64,000 bases of DNA, taken from the NCBI GenBank assembly GCA_020697715.1, contig JAEHCO010000004.1, positions 32,001-96,000 of the forward strand, read 5' to 3'. Every line of letters starts with the position of its first letter. Within the stretch, counting starts at the first letter, position 1. This document shows, in pieces, positions 61,459-64,000 of the stretch. The DNA is from Methanobacteriota archaeon (GTDB lineage: Archaea > Thermoplasmatota > Thermoplasmata > SG8-5 > JAGLSY01). Under the pieces are notes generated by a model. That model had not been told where the DNA came from. It saw only the letters and a list, made by a program, of their open reading frames with translations, and did not search any database. A program made the position numbers and the translations under genes.

Positions 61459-63969
61459 TCACCAATTAACAGTCCAAATTGTCTGAGATGGCACTCTAAT
61501 CCAATACGCCTCGCCCTTCTTCAGCACATACGCATTGCTCATTTCCTGCAGTAGATATGTGCCGCCCTTGTCATAGCTCTCGACAATGGTCGCGCCAGTA
61601 TCCAGCTTCAGGTCACCAACATCATAGCCCGCATCATCATCATTGGCAGGATATCCAATAAGGTTCCATCCCGCCCTCAGTGTGATGGCAGTGGATGTCG
61701 GTCTCGTACCCGTGAATGTCAGGTTACCATCACCTGTATTCGTGATATGTATCCATAGACCATCCTCATGGTCTATGTTCGCCAGATCGCTCAGGGTCGG
61801 GGCTGCTGCAATATTGATCTTCCATTGATCATCCGCGTCAGCTGCATCGTATTTGTAAACAATATCCCAGGTAGTGAGACCATCGCCAGCGCTGTCATCA
61901 AGAACATTCGCGGTCGTGGTGTCCAAAGGTACCAGAGGTACTGAAATAAAATTCCAGCCAGCATAAACCTTGACATTTGCAGTTATCTGGGTGAAGTAAG
62001 CGGTGATCACCTTATTGGTATTCATCGTTATAGATACGGGATTGGTTGAGCCAGTTAGGCTACCTTCCCAGTGATCGAACTCGTATCCGGGAATTGGATT
62101 TGCGGTCAACTGAACTATCGTGCCAGAATTGTAAGATGATTGGTTCGGGTTCTTTGTAACCGAACCAGTTCCACCGGGTGATACCGAGACAGACAAAGTG
62201 TAAGTGATCGGTACAAAATGGGCCACAATGTTCTTGTCAGCACTCATTTTTATGACCACGGGGTTTGCGTCGCTATTAAGAGAGCCGGTCCATGATACGA
62301 ATTTCCAGCCATCCGAAGGAATAGCTGTCAGGGTAACTGGATCATCAAAATTGTAGTTACTGGAATTTGGATCCTTGGTGACCGAACCACTACCATCTAC
62401 GGAAACTGATAATGTGAATTTTTCAGGAATGTAATGTATCTCATGATTATCCGCGGCATTAGGATGACCAGATGTGGAGTATCCAGTTGCAGATTGGACA
62501 TTGGGCTCCTCCCATACAATATGTGTCTTCCACACACCATCTATATTAGGACCCATGACCACGGTCACATTGCTGACATCAGCTTTAGCTTCTGGATCTG
62601 GCCAGCTGACGACATTATCCTTTTCCATGCCAGTCCAGTATTCTGGGAGCGAGCCTTCTTCTGCCGAGGACATATGAACTTCCTTTGACAGGGTCTTGCT
62701 TTCATCATCCAATTCAGACCATACCACATTCACATCTCTGTGGCTCCCGACAGCGATGGACACATCACTTACAGGATTACCATCTGCGAAACTTACAGGC
62801 CAGTCATTTTCCACACCAAGCCATGATCCCGGATCACCATTCTTGCCTATGGATCCCGAATAGTATATCTCAAGTGCCAGGCCGTCCTTGACCGTCCCCT
62901 GGCTCCATACAACATGAACATCATCACCATAGGCCGTCATATCAATTGACCTGATCACAGGCATTTCTTCTCCACGACGACTTATGAAAGATTCATATTC
63001 CCAGCCCTCCTGACCAAAGGATGGAGAACGTGCGTACATGATCTCATTGGCTCCAGTTGCCTCATCGACCTGAAACCATGCCACATGGACAAAGCGACCA
63101 TCTACTCCACTGGTCGCTATAACAGGATCATAGGCAAAGTCCCTTGAATCCGAACTGCTGATCATCATATCACCTTGAGCAGCTCCAGACCAGGTATTGC
63201 CACCATCTACAGATTGTGAATAAAAGATCTCCTGTCCATCGCCTTTGTTATTCATCTCGGACCATGTCGCGTGGATAATATCGCTTTTGCCATCTTCAGA
63301 TAGACTCATGGCTATAGTTGGTTCGGACACAGCAGGTGCATCTCCCTCGCCCCTTCTATCACTAACTGGGATGTCAATAGGTATCCATGACAGGCCATTG
63401 TCCTCTGAACGTGTGTAAAGAACTTCCCAGGTATTGTCCTGATACAGCTCGGACCAGATAACATGAATATGGCCATTAGAATCAATGGTCAAACTGGGAT
63501 CCACTGCATCTCCAGCCATAGCCTCAAAGGGCATATCTCCGCCAGATGAACCCGATTTATCTATCTGGCTAATAATGCGATCATCTTCGAAGTCCTCATC
63601 ATTCGACCATTCCGATCCATGAGATTCGGGCAATGACATCGAATAGTGGATCTCGCTCAAGCCAGTATCTCGATTGATCTCATACCACACTGCATGGACC
63701 GAGCCAGCAAATTTATTATCTCTGGTCGCGGGAGTTTCAGGTGTTATCTCAATGTCGGGGTTGATAGCATAATAATTATCATCGAAGGATATGATGAAAT
63801 CCCCATCCACCTGAACATTGATCTCATCAGAAGGAGCGGATCCCCACACAAGGCCAATACCAGAAATAAGCATTATGGACAAAGCTAAAGTTACCAATTT
63901 CCTACTACTGATTCCCATCGTATTATCTTCATCCCACATTTGACCGACCTCAAATCCGATAAAACACAT
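61459..63969 (-). CDS. Secreted protein with BNR/Asp-box-like repeats, two InlB-B-like repeats and a GWN-repeat C-terminal domain
   Basis: SEDNGLSW, SVDGGNTW, repeated HVxW motifs; VTLTAIP..GWKFVSWTG and GYEFDHWEG; GWNFISVPL / GWNLIGYP; start uncertain. Confidence 0.7.
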   Translation of the reverse strand: MCFIGFEVGQMWDEDNTMGISSRKLVTLALSIMLISGIGLVWGSAPSDEINVQVDGDFIISFDDNYYAINPDIEITPETPATRDNKFAGSVHAVWYEINRDTGLSEIHYSMSLPESHGSEWSNDEDFEDDRIISQIDKSGSSGGDMPFEAMAGDAVDPSLTIDSNGHIHVIWSELYQDNTWEVLYTRSEDNGLSWIPIDIPVSDRRGEGDAPAVSEPTIAMSLSEDGKSDIIHATWSEMNNKGDGQEIFYSQSVDGGNTWSGAAQGDMMISSSDSRDFAYDPVIATSGVDGRFVHVAWFQVDEATGANEIMYARSPSFGQEGWEYESFISRRGEEMPVIRSIDMTAYGDDVHVVWSQGTVKDGLALEIYYSGSIGKNGDPGSWLGVENDWPVSFADGNPVSDVSIAVGSHRDVNVVWSELDDESKTLSKEVHMSSAEEGSLPEYWTGMEKDNVVSWPDPEAKADVSNVTVVMGPNIDGVWKTHIVWEEPNVQSATGYSTSGHPNAADNHEIHYIPEKFTLSVSVDGSGSVTKDPNSSNYNFDDPVTLTAIPSDGWKFVSWTGSLNSDANPVVIKMSADKNIVAHFVPITYTLSVSVSPGGTGSVTKNPNQSSYNSGTIVQLTANPIPGYEFDHWEGSLTGSTNPVSITMNTNKVITAYFTQITANVKVYAGWNFISVPLVPLDTTTANVLDDSAGDGLTTWDIVYKYDAADADDQWKINIAAAPTLSDLANIDHEDGLWIHITNTGDGNLTFTGTRPTSTAITLRAGWNLIGYPANDDDAGYDVGDLKLDTGATIVESYDKGGTYLLQEMSNAYVLKKGEAYWIRVPSQTIWTVNW

Positions 63970-64000
63970 CAGTTCTCAAAGGTTATAAACCTTTGCGCGT

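Overview
Archaeal chromosomal segment, most likely an uncultured Thermoplasmatota lineage (inferred from SRP54, TrmY, FEN1, archaeal GluRS, KaiC/RAD55 and zinc-ribbon membrane proteins). No rRNA, tRNA or CRISPR array was recognised. The centre (16.9-34.9 kb) is a hydrogen-metabolism island. It holds hypCAD, a maturation protease, a group 3b [NiFe]-hydrogenase operon with fused beta/gamma subunits, and a second, chimeric operon. In that second operon a [NiFe] small subunit and an [FeFe]-hydrogenase HydA-like protein appear to have reciprocally exchanged halves, next to NuoE, a NuoF-GltD fusion and a second [NiFe] large subunit. Each operon has its own divergent paralogous regulator. Three intercistronic gaps in these operons share a covarying K-loop-like RNA hairpin just before the Shine-Dalgarno sequence. 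Other notable signals: synonymously recoded copies of gene 3' ends behind fen1 (PIP box, 3 x 35 bp) and hypD; a dif-like 11-6-11 site beside a short tyrosine recombinase; a permuted vWA-AAA-AAA chelatase-like gene; a low-GC HD-domain/P-loop gene beside a repeat mosaic; and a pair of Cys-rich microproteins. All calls come from reading motifs by eye; no database searches were run.
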